64,000 bases of DNA, taken from the IMG/VR virus record IMGVR_UViG_3300007609_000013, positions 10,129 through 74,128 of that record. One strand, given 5' to 3'. The stretch is from a virus. This document shows positions 1 through 9,781 of the stretch, piece after piece. Position 1 is the first letter of the stretch, and every line of letters begins with the position of its first letter. The notes under the pieces are model-generated. The model worked only from the letters and a program-made list of their open reading frames with translations, made no database searches and was not told where the DNA came from. Made by a program: the position numbers and the translations under genes.

Positions 1-39
1 TACTAACAACACAGTAAACATCAACGGACAAGATTTGTA

Positions 40-417
40 ATGAGCACACAAAATACAAACCTGCCTGTAAATCAAAACCTTTCCAGTGCCGAACAACGTA
101 CACTTGTTTTTTTCAACGGATACTTTGATGAAGAAATTACAGTAGACAGTAGTGTACACGACACTGTGTACAGTTTTTTCTTGAGACAGACAAGTGATCC
201 ACAGAGTGCAAACGCTTTTACGCACAGCTTGATCACAATAAGCAATCAACTAAATGTAAACCCTACAGACTTACTAGATCAATTCAACGGAGCAGGGATT
301 ACCGTAGATAGATTTATGGCAGCTTTAATCAATGACACTAGAAGAAACACCAGCTTGATCGGACTCAAGCAATCCACTGTTGCTAGTCCTGTTGTAGCGA
401 GAAATATCTTACCATAA
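40..417 (+). CDS. hypothetical phage protein (probably virion/baseplate-associated)
   Basis: 125-aa ORF with phage-like codon usage, directly upstream of the gp4-like gene. Confidence 0.6.
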   Translation: MSTQNTNLPVNQNLSSAEQRTLVFFNGYFDEEITVDSSVHDTVYSFFLRQTSDPQSANAFTHSLITISNQLNVNPTDLLDQFNGAGITVDRFMAALINDTRRNTSLIGLKQSTVASPVVARNILP

Positions 418-424
418 GTATGTT

Positions 425-865
425 ATGGCTAGAAAATTTGCACAGGGTAAGTTTTATCCTAAAAACCCAAACAAATATGTAGGCAAAAAAAATCCAACCT
501 ATCGCAGCAGTTGGGAGTGGGCTTTTATGAACTTTTGCGACAACAATCCAGCAGTGCTTCAATGGGCAAGTGAATCTGTAAGCATACCCTATAAAAATCC
601 ATTTGATGGAAGAAACACTATCTATGTTCCAGATTTTTTTATAGTATACACTGATCGCAACGGTGCTAAAAACGCAGAGCTTATAGAAATCAAACCAAAA
701 AAACAAACCACACTGGAAGCAGCAGGACGCAGCAAAAAAGATCAAGCCAGTGCAATTCTCAACGCAGCAAAATGGCAGGCTGCCAATGCGTATGCTCGAC
801 AAAATAGAATTAAATTTAGAGTGGTAACAGAAGAAGAACTATTTCATCAAGGCGGAAAAAAATGA
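425..865 (+). CDS. head completion nuclease, T4 gp4-like (TnsA-like PD-(D/E)XK)
   Basis: PKNPNKYVG, YRSSWE, IPY, YVPDF, IEIKP and KW.AA motifs typical of gp4. Confidence 0.85.
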   Translation: MARKFAQGKFYPKNPNKYVGKKNPTYRSSWEWAFMNFCDNNPAVLQWASESVSIPYKNPFDGRNTIYVPDFFIVYTDRNGAKNAELIEIKPKKQTTLEAAGRSKKDQASAILNAAKWQAANAYARQNRIKFRVVTEEELFHQGGKK

Positions 866-1530
866 GACTTGTAGTGTTTGGCGACAGTCATCCAGCTGGC
901 AGTGAAATTGATCAGCAGTACAGTTTGCAGTGTTATGACAAAAGTTTTGCCAAAAAGCTAGCCAATCAATTGGATTTGGATTATGAAAATTACAGCATCG
1001 CAGGAGCAAGCAACTGTTACATTGCAACACAAACCTACAAATATCTCAGCACAGCTGACTCAGATATATTCTTACTAATCAGTTGGGGAGCTGCCAGAAG
1101 AGCAACTGTGTATGACTACGACAGCCGAGATTTCTTGCACATAAACGAATATGATGCAGATGCAGACTATTTGTCCAAAAAACAAAAGAGTATGATCAAA
1201 AGTTTTTATCAATATCAATACCCAGACGCAGAAGAAGAATGGAAAATATTAGGACATATCGTAGGATTGTACAATTACTTGACAAACCAAGATTATAATT
1301 TTTTAATGATGGATTCAACTCAAGCATTTGCACACTGGCATCAAGGTTATTTCAAAATGAATAATTATTTTGATCTACACAATCCACACACATACTGGCA
1401 CCAATATGAACAATGGCGAACGCAAGAGATATATAACACTGATAGATGGGCAAAGCATGCTCCGGAACAATGGCATAGCGTGTGGGCTGATAAATTGTTT
1501 CATCACGTAAAAGAGTACAAATTATTATGA
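862..1530 (+). CDS. SGNH/GDSL-like hydrolase-fold protein
   Basis: N-terminal FGDSH, N.S.AG.SN block, C-terminal HAP. Confidence 0.6.
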   Translation: MRLVVFGDSHPAGSEIDQQYSLQCYDKSFAKKLANQLDLDYENYSIAGASNCYIATQTYKYLSTADSDIFLLISWGAARRATVYDYDSRDFLHINEYDADADYLSKKQKSMIKSFYQYQYPDAEEEWKILGHIVGLYNYLTNQDYNFLMMDSTQAFAHWHQGYFKMNNYFDLHNPHTYWHQYEQWRTQEIYNTDRWAKHAPEQWHSVWADKLFHHVKEYKLL

Positions 1531-2024
1531 CCAAAAAACTAGAAGAAATCTTCAACATATCCACTGACAGCAACGACACTGATCAAGAAAAAAACACTCA
1601 GTCGTCCTTGCCGTTTGACAGCACTGAAAAAATGCAAGAGGTTGCAAACACTGTGGAAAAAGTAGATCGTGCTCTGCCTATGGTAAAAGATCTAGAAGCA
1701 AACGACAAGGAAATGGACGATTTGGCACAGGATGCCAAAGAAAGTTTTGAAACTCTCATGGATCTAGGTATGAATGTTGATCCACGGTTCAGCGGAAAAT
1801 TATTTGAAGTTGCAGGACAAATGCTAGGGCATGCAGTGTCTGCTAAAAATGCAAAAATTGACAAGAAATTAAAAATGGTCGAGCTACAATTAAAACAAGC
1901 AAGACTTGAACAGATGGAAAAACGTCATGCCGACGACCGCGGAGAAATCGAAGGTGAAGGCATGGTTGTTGATCGCAACGAGTTGCTGAAACAATTGCTA
2001 GAACAAAACAAAGACAATGAATAA
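1527..2024 (+). CDS. probable terminase small subunit
   Basis: helical coiled-coil protein (DLGMNV...FEVA..ML..A..AK, C-terminal DRNELLK) near gp4-like gene; function by context. Confidence 0.55.
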   Translation: MTKKLEEIFNISTDSNDTDQEKNTQSSLPFDSTEKMQEVANTVEKVDRALPMVKDLEANDKEMDDLAQDAKESFETLMDLGMNVDPRFSGKLFEVAGQMLGHAVSAKNAKIDKKLKMVELQLKQARLEQMEKRHADDRGEIEGEGMVVDRNELLKQLLEQNKDNE

Positions 2025-2797
2025 TGGATATACTCGAATTATGCAAAAATAAAAAAACGTTGTTGCTTACCATAGGAGATAGTTGGACTTTTGGTGATAG
2101 TATGCTCGGCGAAAAAGAACACTATCTTAAAAGCCCAGCAGGTCAGCACCATAGGAAAAAACATCTATGGGGAAGACATCTTTCAGATCGGTTGGACTAC
2201 GATTGGTTAAACATTGCCGAACCAGGAATTAGCAACAAGGTTATGGTAGACTACTTAGATTATTTTAAAAATACAAAAAAATATCATAGATACAAACATA
2301 TATTTGCAGTGATTGTGCTCACAGAAACAGGCAGAGAATTAGAGCAACTAGATTGGAAAAACCATAGACAAGAACTGCAAACGTCAGAACAAAAAATCTA
2401 CAATGCTATAAAAAAACACACCGACGAAAAGATGTCATTCACAGTGGCAAGAAATTTTACAGTGAACTACAAAAGAACACAGGTGCCACGCAATATAAAA
2501 TTTGTAGAAAAAAACTGGCAAAGCGTATTGCTGGAATCTCAATGCATTCGGCTAGTTGATGTAAGAGGTCCTGCAAGTGGAGTAGCCTTATGGATCTATG
2601 AGAATTACAATCCAAGCGTTGTAAAAAACCCAGCATACAAAAAATTTGTAATAGACACAGTAGATTCAGCACAGCCTCTATGGGATGCAATGGACGCTAG
2701 CAAACTTAATTATTCAAGAGCAACCAGACACCCAACTGAACAGGGCCACAGAATTTGGGCTGATTATTTGTATGATAATTATTTTCAAAACAACTAA
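2024..2797 (+). CDS. SGNH/GDSL-like protein
   Basis: IGDSWTFG, NIAEPGISN, HPTEQGHRIWA. Confidence 0.65.
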   Translation: MDILELCKNKKTLLLTIGDSWTFGDSMLGEKEHYLKSPAGQHHRKKHLWGRHLSDRLDYDWLNIAEPGISNKVMVDYLDYFKNTKKYHRYKHIFAVIVLTETGRELEQLDWKNHRQELQTSEQKIYNAIKKHTDEKMSFTVARNFTVNYKRTQVPRNIKFVEKNWQSVLLESQCIRLVDVRGPASGVALWIYENYNPSVVKNPAYKKFVIDTVDSAQPLWDAMDASKLNYSRATRHPTEQGHRIWADYLYDNYFQNN

Positions 2798-2826
2798 ATA
2801 TACTTAATAAATTATAGGATTTGCCA

Positions 2827-3399
2827 ATGAAATCGTTTAAACATTATCTCACAGAGAGTGTTAAAGAATACAATTATAGATTGAAGTTTGCTGATTTGCC
2901 AGAAGAGTTTGACTTTGGCAAACTAGAAACAGCACTTGAAAAGTTTAGTTTGGTAAGTGTTGCCAAGCCTAAAAAGACTCCTATCCAAGAGCACCCAGCA
3001 GACTTTCAAACTCTACAAAATGCAGAGGTACACATCATTGATGCTACCGTGGCATACCCGGTATCCAGCGTAGAGCTTCACAATTATCTTCATACTGCAC
3101 TTGGTGTTGCTCCAAGTCATCTTGTGGTAATCAACAAAGATCATCCAGAAGAAATTGCCAGAGAACAGCAAGTGGAAGCCGAAGACGAAGAATACGAAAC
3201 AGCACTGGGCAACGATTATCCAGACGATGGTATTAAATCACAGGAATATTTCGGCGATGAATACAATGCAAATCTTATCAAAGAACTAACTTCTAACAAA
3301 GAACTAGTTCAAGCCGAAGGTGGGAAAACTCCTGCCGCAACTACACTGGCCGATGAGCCACAAGGTACAGACAGCCCGATCAGCGGAGGAGAAAAATAA
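2827..3399 (+). CDS. acidic putative virion-internal protein
   Basis: starts MKSFKHYLTES (resembles T4 capsid-targeting sequence); TAAATA and AGGA upstream. Confidence 0.6.
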   Translation: MKSFKHYLTESVKEYNYRLKFADLPEEFDFGKLETALEKFSLVSVAKPKKTPIQEHPADFQTLQNAEVHIIDATVAYPVSSVELHNYLHTALGVAPSHLVVINKDHPEEIAREQQVEAEDEEYETALGNDYPDDGIKSQEYFGDEYNANLIKELTSNKELVQAEGGKTPAATTLADEPQGTDSPISGGEK

Positions 3400-4535
3400 T
3401 GCAACTAATAGACGTACTAAACAAACTAAGAGCAATTGAAAATCCAACACAAGAAGTAAAGGAAGCAATTGCACAAGCAGAAAGCATGACCAACGAAGCA
3501 ATGATGATGGTTTGCAAGGACTGCGGAGACAAGATGGGACATCCTACAACAGATTGTCCACATGATTGTCACGATCCAAAAGGCAAGCACTGGATTATGT
3601 CTGACGTTCAAGAAGACGAAGACGTTGTAGTAGACATGCCTGTGATGGTTGAGCCAGAAGCAGAACTAGAGCCAGAGATTGAGTTGGAAGTTGAACCAGA
3701 CCGTCAAGACAGGAATGAAGCTGTTGATATGGCCCACGGTCAACTTGAATTTATCAAGTATGCTGCCAAAGAAATTGAAGACTACCTGATGCGTGGCATG
3801 CCATTGCCAGAATGGATGCAAAACAAGTTGAGTCGCATGCATGCTAACATAATGAATTTGCATGCTTATATCGAAGGCGAAGAAGGCAAGGCTGGGTTAA
3901 ATGAAAGCGAAGAATTTGCAGAAGCTGCAGGAGAATTTGCTGAACCATTTTATGCACTACAAGATGAGTTTGCTGGTGGCGAAGCATCAGGTGCACACAA
4001 AGAGTTGATTGATAATTTGATCATGTACATGAGTGGTGATGATGTTAAAGACTTTGTTGCAGACTTCCGTAGACACTATGATATGAATTCAGTTGAGGAA
4101 TCAGACTTAGACGATCTACGCACACTTGCTGGCATGGAAGATCTTGAAGAATATGCTAACACGCCAGATGGATACAGTGAAGATCCGCAATATGGTGATG
4201 CAGAAGAACAAGTCAACGGACAAGCTGGCGGTATCAACGGACAAAAAACACAATACAACAAAGCCAATGCTGGCGACAATGCCATGGCAGTTGAGTCGAT
4301 CAAAGAGCGACTATGGGCTGCACTGCAAGAAGAAAAAGAAGAAACAGCCGAAGGTCGTGGCAGAGGTCGTGGCAAAAAGAAAACTGACGAAGACGAAGAA
4401 GTGGCTGCCGAAGGCCGTGGCAGAGGCAAAGACAAAGTAATGGCCGGTCGTGGCAGAGGCAAAGACAAAGTAATGGCCGGTCGTGGCAGAGGCAAAGACA
4501 AAGTAATGGCGAGTCGTGGTAGAGGAAAAAATTAA
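3399..4535 (+). CDS. acidic modular putative head-internal protein with basic RG-repeat tail
   Basis: Glu-rich modules, LRTLAGM motif, C-terminal (GRGRGKDKVMA)n. Confidence 0.65.
   Translation: MQLIDVLNKLRAIENPTQEVKEAIAQAESMTNEAMMMVCKDCGDKMGHPTTDCPHDCHDPKGKHWIMSDVQEDEDVVVDMPVMVEPEAELEPEIELEVEPDRQDRNEAVDMAHGQLEFIKYAAKEIEDYLMRGMPLPEWMQNKLSRMHANIMNLHAYIEGEEGKAGLNESEEFAEAAGEFAEPFYALQDEFAGGEASGAHKELIDNLIMYMSGDDVKDFVADFRRHYDMNSVEESDLDDLRTLAGMEDLEEYANTPDGYSEDPQYGDAEEQVNGQAGGINGQKTQYNKANAGDNAMAVESIKERLWAALQEEKEETAEGRGRGRGKKKTDEDEEVAAEGRGRGKDKVMAGRGRGKDKVMAGRGRGKDKVMASRGRGKN
4413..4526 (+). repeat. 33-bp coding tandem repeat, about 3.5 copies
   Basis: unit GGTCGTGGCAGAGGCAAAGACAAAGTAATGGCC at 4413, 4446, 4479, degenerate at 4512. 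Confidence 0.95.
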
Positions 4536-4881
4536 TTGGTCAGCGTACTTTGATCATATAAAACCTGTGTGCCCTTGGAGCACATCTGCTTGGAACAAAG
4601 GCGAGATCAAAATTACCAATTGGTCTGGCACAGTCGAAGACTTGGAAAACAACCAAGCCATTGTGTATGTTGTAGCAGGCGCCAATCGTAGACAACTTAA
4701 AAAGTTGTGTAAAAAGGTAGACAAGGATCTACGCTACGATTGGCTGTGGAGTGAGCCTTCGCACGGACCATATGCTAGTCCCGTGCCAGTGCTGATTCAA
4801 CAAGACAGCAGACATTTGTTTGAAGCAAGATACAAAGTAGGATACTACGACAACATAATCAAGGAACAGTTAAATGATTAA
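4516..4881 (+). CDS. hypothetical protein
   Basis: 121-aa ORF in operon context, IKPVCPWS motif; start uncertain. Confidence 0.6.
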   Translation: MVEEKINWSAYFDHIKPVCPWSTSAWNKGEIKITNWSGTVEDLENNQAIVYVVAGANRRQLKKLCKKVDKDLRYDWLWSEPSHGPYASPVPVLIQQDSRHLFEARYKVGYYDNIIKEQLND

Positions 4882-5167
4882 AAAAATCATCAAAGCAGTA
4901 AAAAATATTTTTATACCACACCCGTCGGGTTTGCCAGTGATGAACTCTCCTGACATAAATTTTAAAAAACTCAACGAAGTGAGTGTGAACAAAAAAGAAC
5001 CAACCATCAAATACACACCCGAAAAAATCAAAAAGCCCACTAGAAAAAGTTTAGAGGCTATGGACAAAAAAGCCATAGACGAATTGGCAAAAACACACGG
5101 CGTTAAACTAGATCGCCGAAAGAAAAAATCTACAATGATAGATGAATTATTAGAAGGATTAAAATGA
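4874..5167 (+). CDS. basic protein with C-terminal Rho-N/HeH-like domain
   Basis: KKAIDELAKTHGVKLDRRKKKSTMIDEL; AAGGA RBS. Confidence 0.6.
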   Translation: MIKKIIKAVKNIFIPHPSGLPVMNSPDINFKKLNEVSVNKKEPTIKYTPEKIKKPTRKSLEAMDKKAIDELAKTHGVKLDRRKKKSTMIDELLEGLK

Positions 5168-5337
5168 TGACAAAATGGATACTAGCAAGATTCAAAGAAC
5201 GCACCAGCTGGGACGGAGTGGCTCTGATTGCTGCAGGCATAGCATTTTTGTTTATTAAACCAATTGCAAGCTTAGTAGCATACGCTGCTATTCTTTATGG
5301 TGCATACACACTTTGGAAAAAAGAAGACAAAGAATGA
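5164..5337 (+). CDS. small two-TM membrane protein (holin-like), absent from the ORF track
   Basis: MMTKWILARFKERTSWDGVALIAAGIAFLFIKPIASLVAYAAILYGAYTLWKKEDKE; overlaps both neighbours by ATGA. Confidence 0.7.
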   Translation: MMTKWILARFKERTSWDGVALIAAGIAFLFIKPIASLVAYAAILYGAYTLWKKEDKE

Positions 5338-5546
5338 ACATCAAGGACTTGAAGGTTCTAGCAGGAATATCTAATCGTGCAACTTTGAGTCCTTATTCAG
5401 TTGACGCTGATGAAAATATCAGTTATACTGCAAAAGAAAAATCAGACTATCAAAAAAAGCACAAAGTAAAGCCAGGCACAGATGAATGGTTTAGACTTTG
5501 GTTTGCAAGACCTCAACTCACAGGCGAAAAACCTTTCGACAAATAA
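5334..5546 (+). CDS. conserved small phage protein
   Basis: LKVLAGI and KPGTDEWFRLWF motifs. Confidence 0.65.
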   Translation: MNIKDLKVLAGISNRATLSPYSVDADENISYTAKEKSDYQKKHKVKPGTDEWFRLWFARPQLTGEKPFDK

Positions 5547-5548
5547 CA

Positions 5549-5920
5549 ATGATGGATATTTATAATAGAGTGCCCAACACGCAGGATGGTACTTTTACGT
5601 TTATGTGCGACCCTGCACAACAAGATCTCATGGATCGAATAGTAGAGGCTATCAAAACTGTTTACGATCCAGAAATTCCAATTGATGTACTAACATTGGG
5701 ACTAATATACAGTGTTGAAATTGAGAACGCCCGCTGTAGCGTGCTTATGTCGCTTACAAGCCCCATGTGTCCAGTGGCAGGCGAGCTACCTATCTGGGTA
5801 GAAGACGCTGTAAAAACAGTAGACGGTGTTGACTCGTGTGATGCGGAAATAACATTTGAACCAATGTTCACTCCAGAACTAATGAGCGATGAAGCAAAAC
5901 TAGTCACAGGCATGTATTGA
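5549..5920 (+). CDS. sufT: DUF59/SufT (MIP18-family) Fe-S cluster assembly protein
   Basis: VYDPEIP.D...LGLIY and LTSPMCPVAG motifs. Confidence 0.85.
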   Translation: MMDIYNRVPNTQDGTFTFMCDPAQQDLMDRIVEAIKTVYDPEIPIDVLTLGLIYSVEIENARCSVLMSLTSPMCPVAGELPIWVEDAVKTVDGVDSCDAEITFEPMFTPELMSDEAKLVTGMY

Positions 5921-6687
5921 TGGAAATACTACCAGCTTCTCGTAATTTTGCAAACGGTACTTTTGATTTCTATCCCAGCGATACTAAAAAGTTGTTCGAA
6001 ACTAACAAGAAAAATTTCGGACCTAGCTGGGAGTTTTACAACAAGCCAATATTTTATGTGTGCAATGAATTTGGTTTCAGAGAGCAGAAGCTAAACACTA
6101 TAGATTGGACTAACAGCACAGTGTGTTTTGGTTGTAGTCATACTTTTGGTATAGGTGTTCCGGATAACGAGACCTGGGTAAGAAAATTACAAAAAAAGAC
6201 CAGCACACCTTGTGTAAACTTGGGCATACCGGGCGGAAGTTTTGAAGCTATTTTCCACAACATAGTATGGCTAAACTATCATAATATAACGCCAAAAAAT
6301 TTAATTGTACAAATTCCTGACCCGAGTCGTAATTATTATGTAGAAACCGAAATCGATCATCCTGCGTTTTGTCATATTATTCCAGAGCTACACGGAGTAA
6401 TCTCTCAAAAAAACATGCAATACTACACAGATGTTCATCTAGCACACAAATTAGAACTAATGAAAACAACCATCGATCTATTGTGCCCGGACATGGATGT
6501 GGTGTACTTTTTTCTTGGTTGCCCTAGTGCTGCAAAAAGTTTTTCTCTAAAACGACCTGTTTATTTCGATCAAAAACAGTATCCGAATATACATTGGGCT
6601 AGAGATCGTTCGCACTTTGGCAGTACAGTATCCGATGCAATTGTAGAGTTGGTGTGCCAGCTGTCAAGCAATCTTGGCAGAGTTTAG
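5917..6687 (+). CDS. SGNH-like protein
   Basis: N.FGFR, FGCSHTFG.GV, NLGIPGGS, ARD.SHFG. Confidence 0.65.
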   Translation: MMEILPASRNFANGTFDFYPSDTKKLFETNKKNFGPSWEFYNKPIFYVCNEFGFREQKLNTIDWTNSTVCFGCSHTFGIGVPDNETWVRKLQKKTSTPCVNLGIPGGSFEAIFHNIVWLNYHNITPKNLIVQIPDPSRNYYVETEIDHPAFCHIIPELHGVISQKNMQYYTDVHLAHKLELMKTTIDLLCPDMDVVYFFLGCPSAAKSFSLKRPVYFDQKQYPNIHWARDRSHFGSTVSDAIVELVCQLSSNLGRV

Positions 6688-7185
6688 ATATTGTCCCCAG
6701 CTGTGATGCTGTAGATGAATTTTGTTTTTCTTTTTCCTGGCTAATTCCCAGTAAGTAGGAGTATAAGGTTGATTAATAGGCTTGATCAATCGCGATCCTT
6801 TGATGCTGTTGCAACTTTTACAACTAGCTACACAGTTTTCCCAATCTGTACCCCCTCCTAGACTGCGTGGAATAACATGATCAACAGTTAGTTCACTTTG
6901 TGAAAAAAGTTCTCCACAATACTGACAATTGAATGTGTCTCTCAAAAATAGATTGTTTCTGCTGAATTTGGCTTCTTGAGGAATGCCATAGTATTTGTGA
7001 GTAACGCACACTGCTGGCATTTCCAGTGTGGTGCTAGGTGAATGAATCAGTTTGTCTTCGTAGGTGTGCAAAACATGAACACGATTGAGCCAGTGTAGTT
7101 TTACGGCCTGCTGCCACGCTACTACACTGAGGGGTACAAAACTAATTGGCCGGTAATCAGCATTCAAAATTAGTGTATTGCTCAT
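6664..7185 (-). CDS. HNH endonuclease (McrA-like)
   Basis: LNADY.P, RD...CQYCG, TVDHVIPRS.GG...WEN.V..C..CN..KG. Confidence 0.9.
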   Translation of the reverse strand: MSNTLILNADYRPISFVPLSVVAWQQAVKLHWLNRVHVLHTYEDKLIHSPSTTLEMPAVCVTHKYYGIPQEAKFSRNNLFLRDTFNCQYCGELFSQSELTVDHVIPRSLGGGTDWENCVASCKSCNSIKGSRLIKPINQPYTPTYWELARKKKNKIHLQHHSWGQYLNSAKIA

Positions 7186-7188
7186 GTT

Positions 7189-7200
7189 ATAAATATTTAT
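7189..7200. promoter_or_regulatory. palindromic pair of overlapping TAAATA late-type promoters
   Basis: ATAAATATTTAT between divergent HNH and SGNH genes. Confidence 0.55.
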
Positions 7201-7228
7201 CTGGCATTAATTTTCAATTGGGAAAACT

Positions 7229-7960
7229 ATGGATTTATTAAAATCAACCAGCGACATTCGTTATGGTTATTATAACACTAAGTGGCAAGGCACCGACCAA
7301 AGACACCTGTTTGATAAAAATTCTAAAAAACAATCTCATGATTGGAAATATGCAAAGTCCGAAGTAAACTATACATTAAACAAACACGGCTACAGATGTC
7401 CAGATTTTAACATAGTGGATTGGTCAAACAGTGTGGTTTGGCTAGGATGCAGCATAACGTTTGGCACAGGTGTTGATGACTCAGAAACTGTGACAGAATA
7501 TTTTTCTCAACTGTGCAACATGCCAGTGATAAACCTTGGCCAACAAGGAGTTGGCATAGACTATATTGTGGACAATCTTAATAGATTGTCCATTGCAGGT
7601 GTTAAGCCAAAACACATTGTTGTACAGTTTCCTCATACCAGCAGAACACTGCGTTTTAGAAGCTCAGAAAAATTTGAAAATCTCAGTGTGCACAGTCCTT
7701 TTGACGACTTTCAAAAATACTTTTTTTTCTACAACTATCACCAAACTGGATACAGTACAATGTTCAAAAGAATGATTGATGTGGCATATCCAGCTGCTAT
7801 TTGTTATACCACACATGATTACGTAGCAGATGCACTGGGTGTACGCAGTCTTTCTACAGAGTCTGTGTGTGCAGGAGATCAAGCTAGAGATTTGGCGCAT
7901 CCAGGTGCAGAATATCATCAGGCAGTTGCACAAGAGATCTATCGCACACACTTTGCATAA
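7229..7960 (+). CDS. SGNH-like protein
   Basis: N.HGYR, LGCSITFGTGV, INLG..G.G, ARDLAHPG. Confidence 0.65.
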   Translation: MDLLKSTSDIRYGYYNTKWQGTDQRHLFDKNSKKQSHDWKYAKSEVNYTLNKHGYRCPDFNIVDWSNSVVWLGCSITFGTGVDDSETVTEYFSQLCNMPVINLGQQGVGIDYIVDNLNRLSIAGVKPKHIVVQFPHTSRTLRFRSSEKFENLSVHSPFDDFQKYFFFYNYHQTGYSTMFKRMIDVAYPAAICYTTHDYVADALGVRSLSTESVCAGDQARDLAHPGAEYHQAVAQEIYRTHFA

Positions 7961-7968
7961 ATATTTTT

Positions 7969-8211
7969 ATGCAACCTCAATGGCGATTAACCACCATTCA
8001 GGTATACTACTACTTGCCTGATGTTGAACTAGACCTTACTAACTTGTTTTTGTGGCAAGCAATGGATCGCTATCCCTACTTTCCAAGAATGCATCGTTTT
8101 GTAGATCATTGGCAGGAAAAAATCGAAGCTCGGTTGGACAGAGTGTATATACAACACACAGATCCGTTTGATCACAAATGCTATAGGAATGTTTTGTTAA
8201 TCAATGAGTAA
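7969..8211 (+). CDS. Usg-family protein
   Basis: LTT...YY.PD...F.WQ..D..P.FP..HRF.D.W....E..L pattern of the Usg family. Confidence 0.65.
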   Translation: MQPQWRLTTIQVYYYLPDVELDLTNLFLWQAMDRYPYFPRMHRFVDHWQEKIEARLDRVYIQHTDPFDHKCYRNVLLINE

Positions 8212-9781
8212 AAGCTTAGATGGAGTGCTGGTAAAAAAGGCCTACAAGCCTCAGCAGTACACACAACATCAATTGCTGGAATTTGCTAGATGTGCAGACC
8301 GAGATACAGGCCCGCACTATTTTCTCGAACACTATTTTTACATACAGCATCCTACTCGTGGCCAAATGTTGTACAAGCCTTTTGAATATCAAGTGGGCCT
8401 AGTAGACAACTATCACAACTATAGATTTAGTATAAATTTACTCAGTAGACAGATGGGCAAAACCACCACAGCCGCAGGCTATTTGTTGTGGTATGCTATG
8501 TTTGTGCCCGACAGTACCATACTGATTGCAGCTCACAAATACAGTGGCGCACAAGAGATCATGCAGCGGGTGAGATATGCTTATGAACTCATGCCTGATC
8601 ACATTCGCGCAGGTGTAACCAGCTACAACAAAGGCAGCATAGAATTTGAAAATGGCAGTCGTATTGTGGCACAAGCCACTACAGAAAACACCGGACGTGG
8701 TATGAGCATAAGCTTGTTGTACTGTGATGAGTTTGCGTTTGTGCGCAATACAATAGCCCGAGAATTTTGGACAGCCATCAGCCCTACACTGGCTACAGGT
8801 GGTAAGGCTATCATAACCAGCACACCTAACAGTGATGAAGATCAATTTTGGGAACTGTGGTTGGGTGCAAACAAAAATCTAGACGAGCACGGCAACGAAA
8901 CCGAGCTGGGCGTCAACGGCTTTAGAGCATACCGTGCTCTGTGGCATCAACACCCAGACAGAAACGATGAGTGGGCAGCAGAAGAACGTGGACGCATCGG
9001 CGAAGAACGCTTTCGTAGAGAAATGGAGTGCGAGCCGATCATCTTTGATGAAACACTCATAGCTGCAACCACACTCATACAGCTAGAACCCTCACAGCCA
9101 GTGCACATCACCGAAGGCAATGTGAGATGGTTTGACACGCCCAAAAAAGATCGACAGTATCTGGTGGCACTGGATCCAAGTTTGGGCACCGGAGGAGACA
9201 ACGCTGCCATACAGGTGTACGAAATGGGCGGTGCCAACGGCTTACAACAGATAGCAGAGTGGTACCACAACCGCACACCCATTCGCGGACAGATCGGCAC
9301 CATGGTGAAAATCAATCGCTATATATTAGATCACATCAACAATCCCACAGCCATATGGTACAGCATAGAAAACAACAGCTTGGGCGAAGCCGGCTTGGTG
9401 GTGATCGAAGACATCGGCGAAGAAAACATTCCCGGTATGTTTGTGAGTGAGCCAATCCGCAAAGGACATGTGCGCAAGTTTCGCAGAGGCTTTAACACCA
9501 CGCACAGAAGCAAGCTAACAGCGTGTAGCAAGCTCAAAAGCTGGATCGAGACCAAACGTATGCATGTGTGTTCAAAAGCACTAATAACCGAGCTTAAAGC
9601 ATTCATACAAAGCAGCAACAGTTTTTCAGCCAAGCCTGGCGAGCACGACGACCTAGTGATGAGTACAGTGCTGGCAGTGAGAATGGCTATGCAGATTCAA
9701 CAGTATGATGCAGACCTAGACAGTCAGTTCAAAGACGACATCGACGACTATGTAGAACCCATGCCATTTGCTATTCTTTGA
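8204..9781 (+). CDS. terminase large subunit (T4 gp17-like)
   Basis: SRQMGKTT Walker A, LLYCDEFAFV Walker B, ITSTPN, LDPS.G.GGD nuclease start, HDDLVM. Confidence 0.95.
   Translation: MSKSLDGVLVKKAYKPQQYTQHQLLEFARCADRDTGPHYFLEHYFYIQHPTRGQMLYKPFEYQVGLVDNYHNYRFSINLLSRQMGKTTTAAGYLLWYAMFVPDSTILIAAHKYSGAQEIMQRVRYAYELMPDHIRAGVTSYNKGSIEFENGSRIVAQATTENTGRGMSISLLYCDEFAFVRNTIAREFWTAISPTLATGGKAIITSTPNSDEDQFWELWLGANKNLDEHGNETELGVNGFRAYRALWHQHPDRNDEWAAEERGRIGEERFRREMECEPIIFDETLIAATTLIQLEPSQPVHITEGNVRWFDTPKKDRQYLVALDPSLGTGGDNAAIQVYEMGGANGLQQIAEWYHNRTPIRGQIGTMVKINRYILDHINNPTAIWYSIENNSLGEAGLVVIEDIGEENIPGMFVSEPIRKGHVRKFRRGFNTTHRSKLTACSKLKSWIETKRMHVCSKALITELKAFIQSSNSFSAKPGEHDDLVMSTVLAVRMAMQIQQYDADLDSQFKDDIDDYVEPMPFAIL

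Noticed and set aside
6664-7185. Intron-encoded HNH
   Set aside because: Flanking genes are intact and there is no group I core; it is a free-standing gene.
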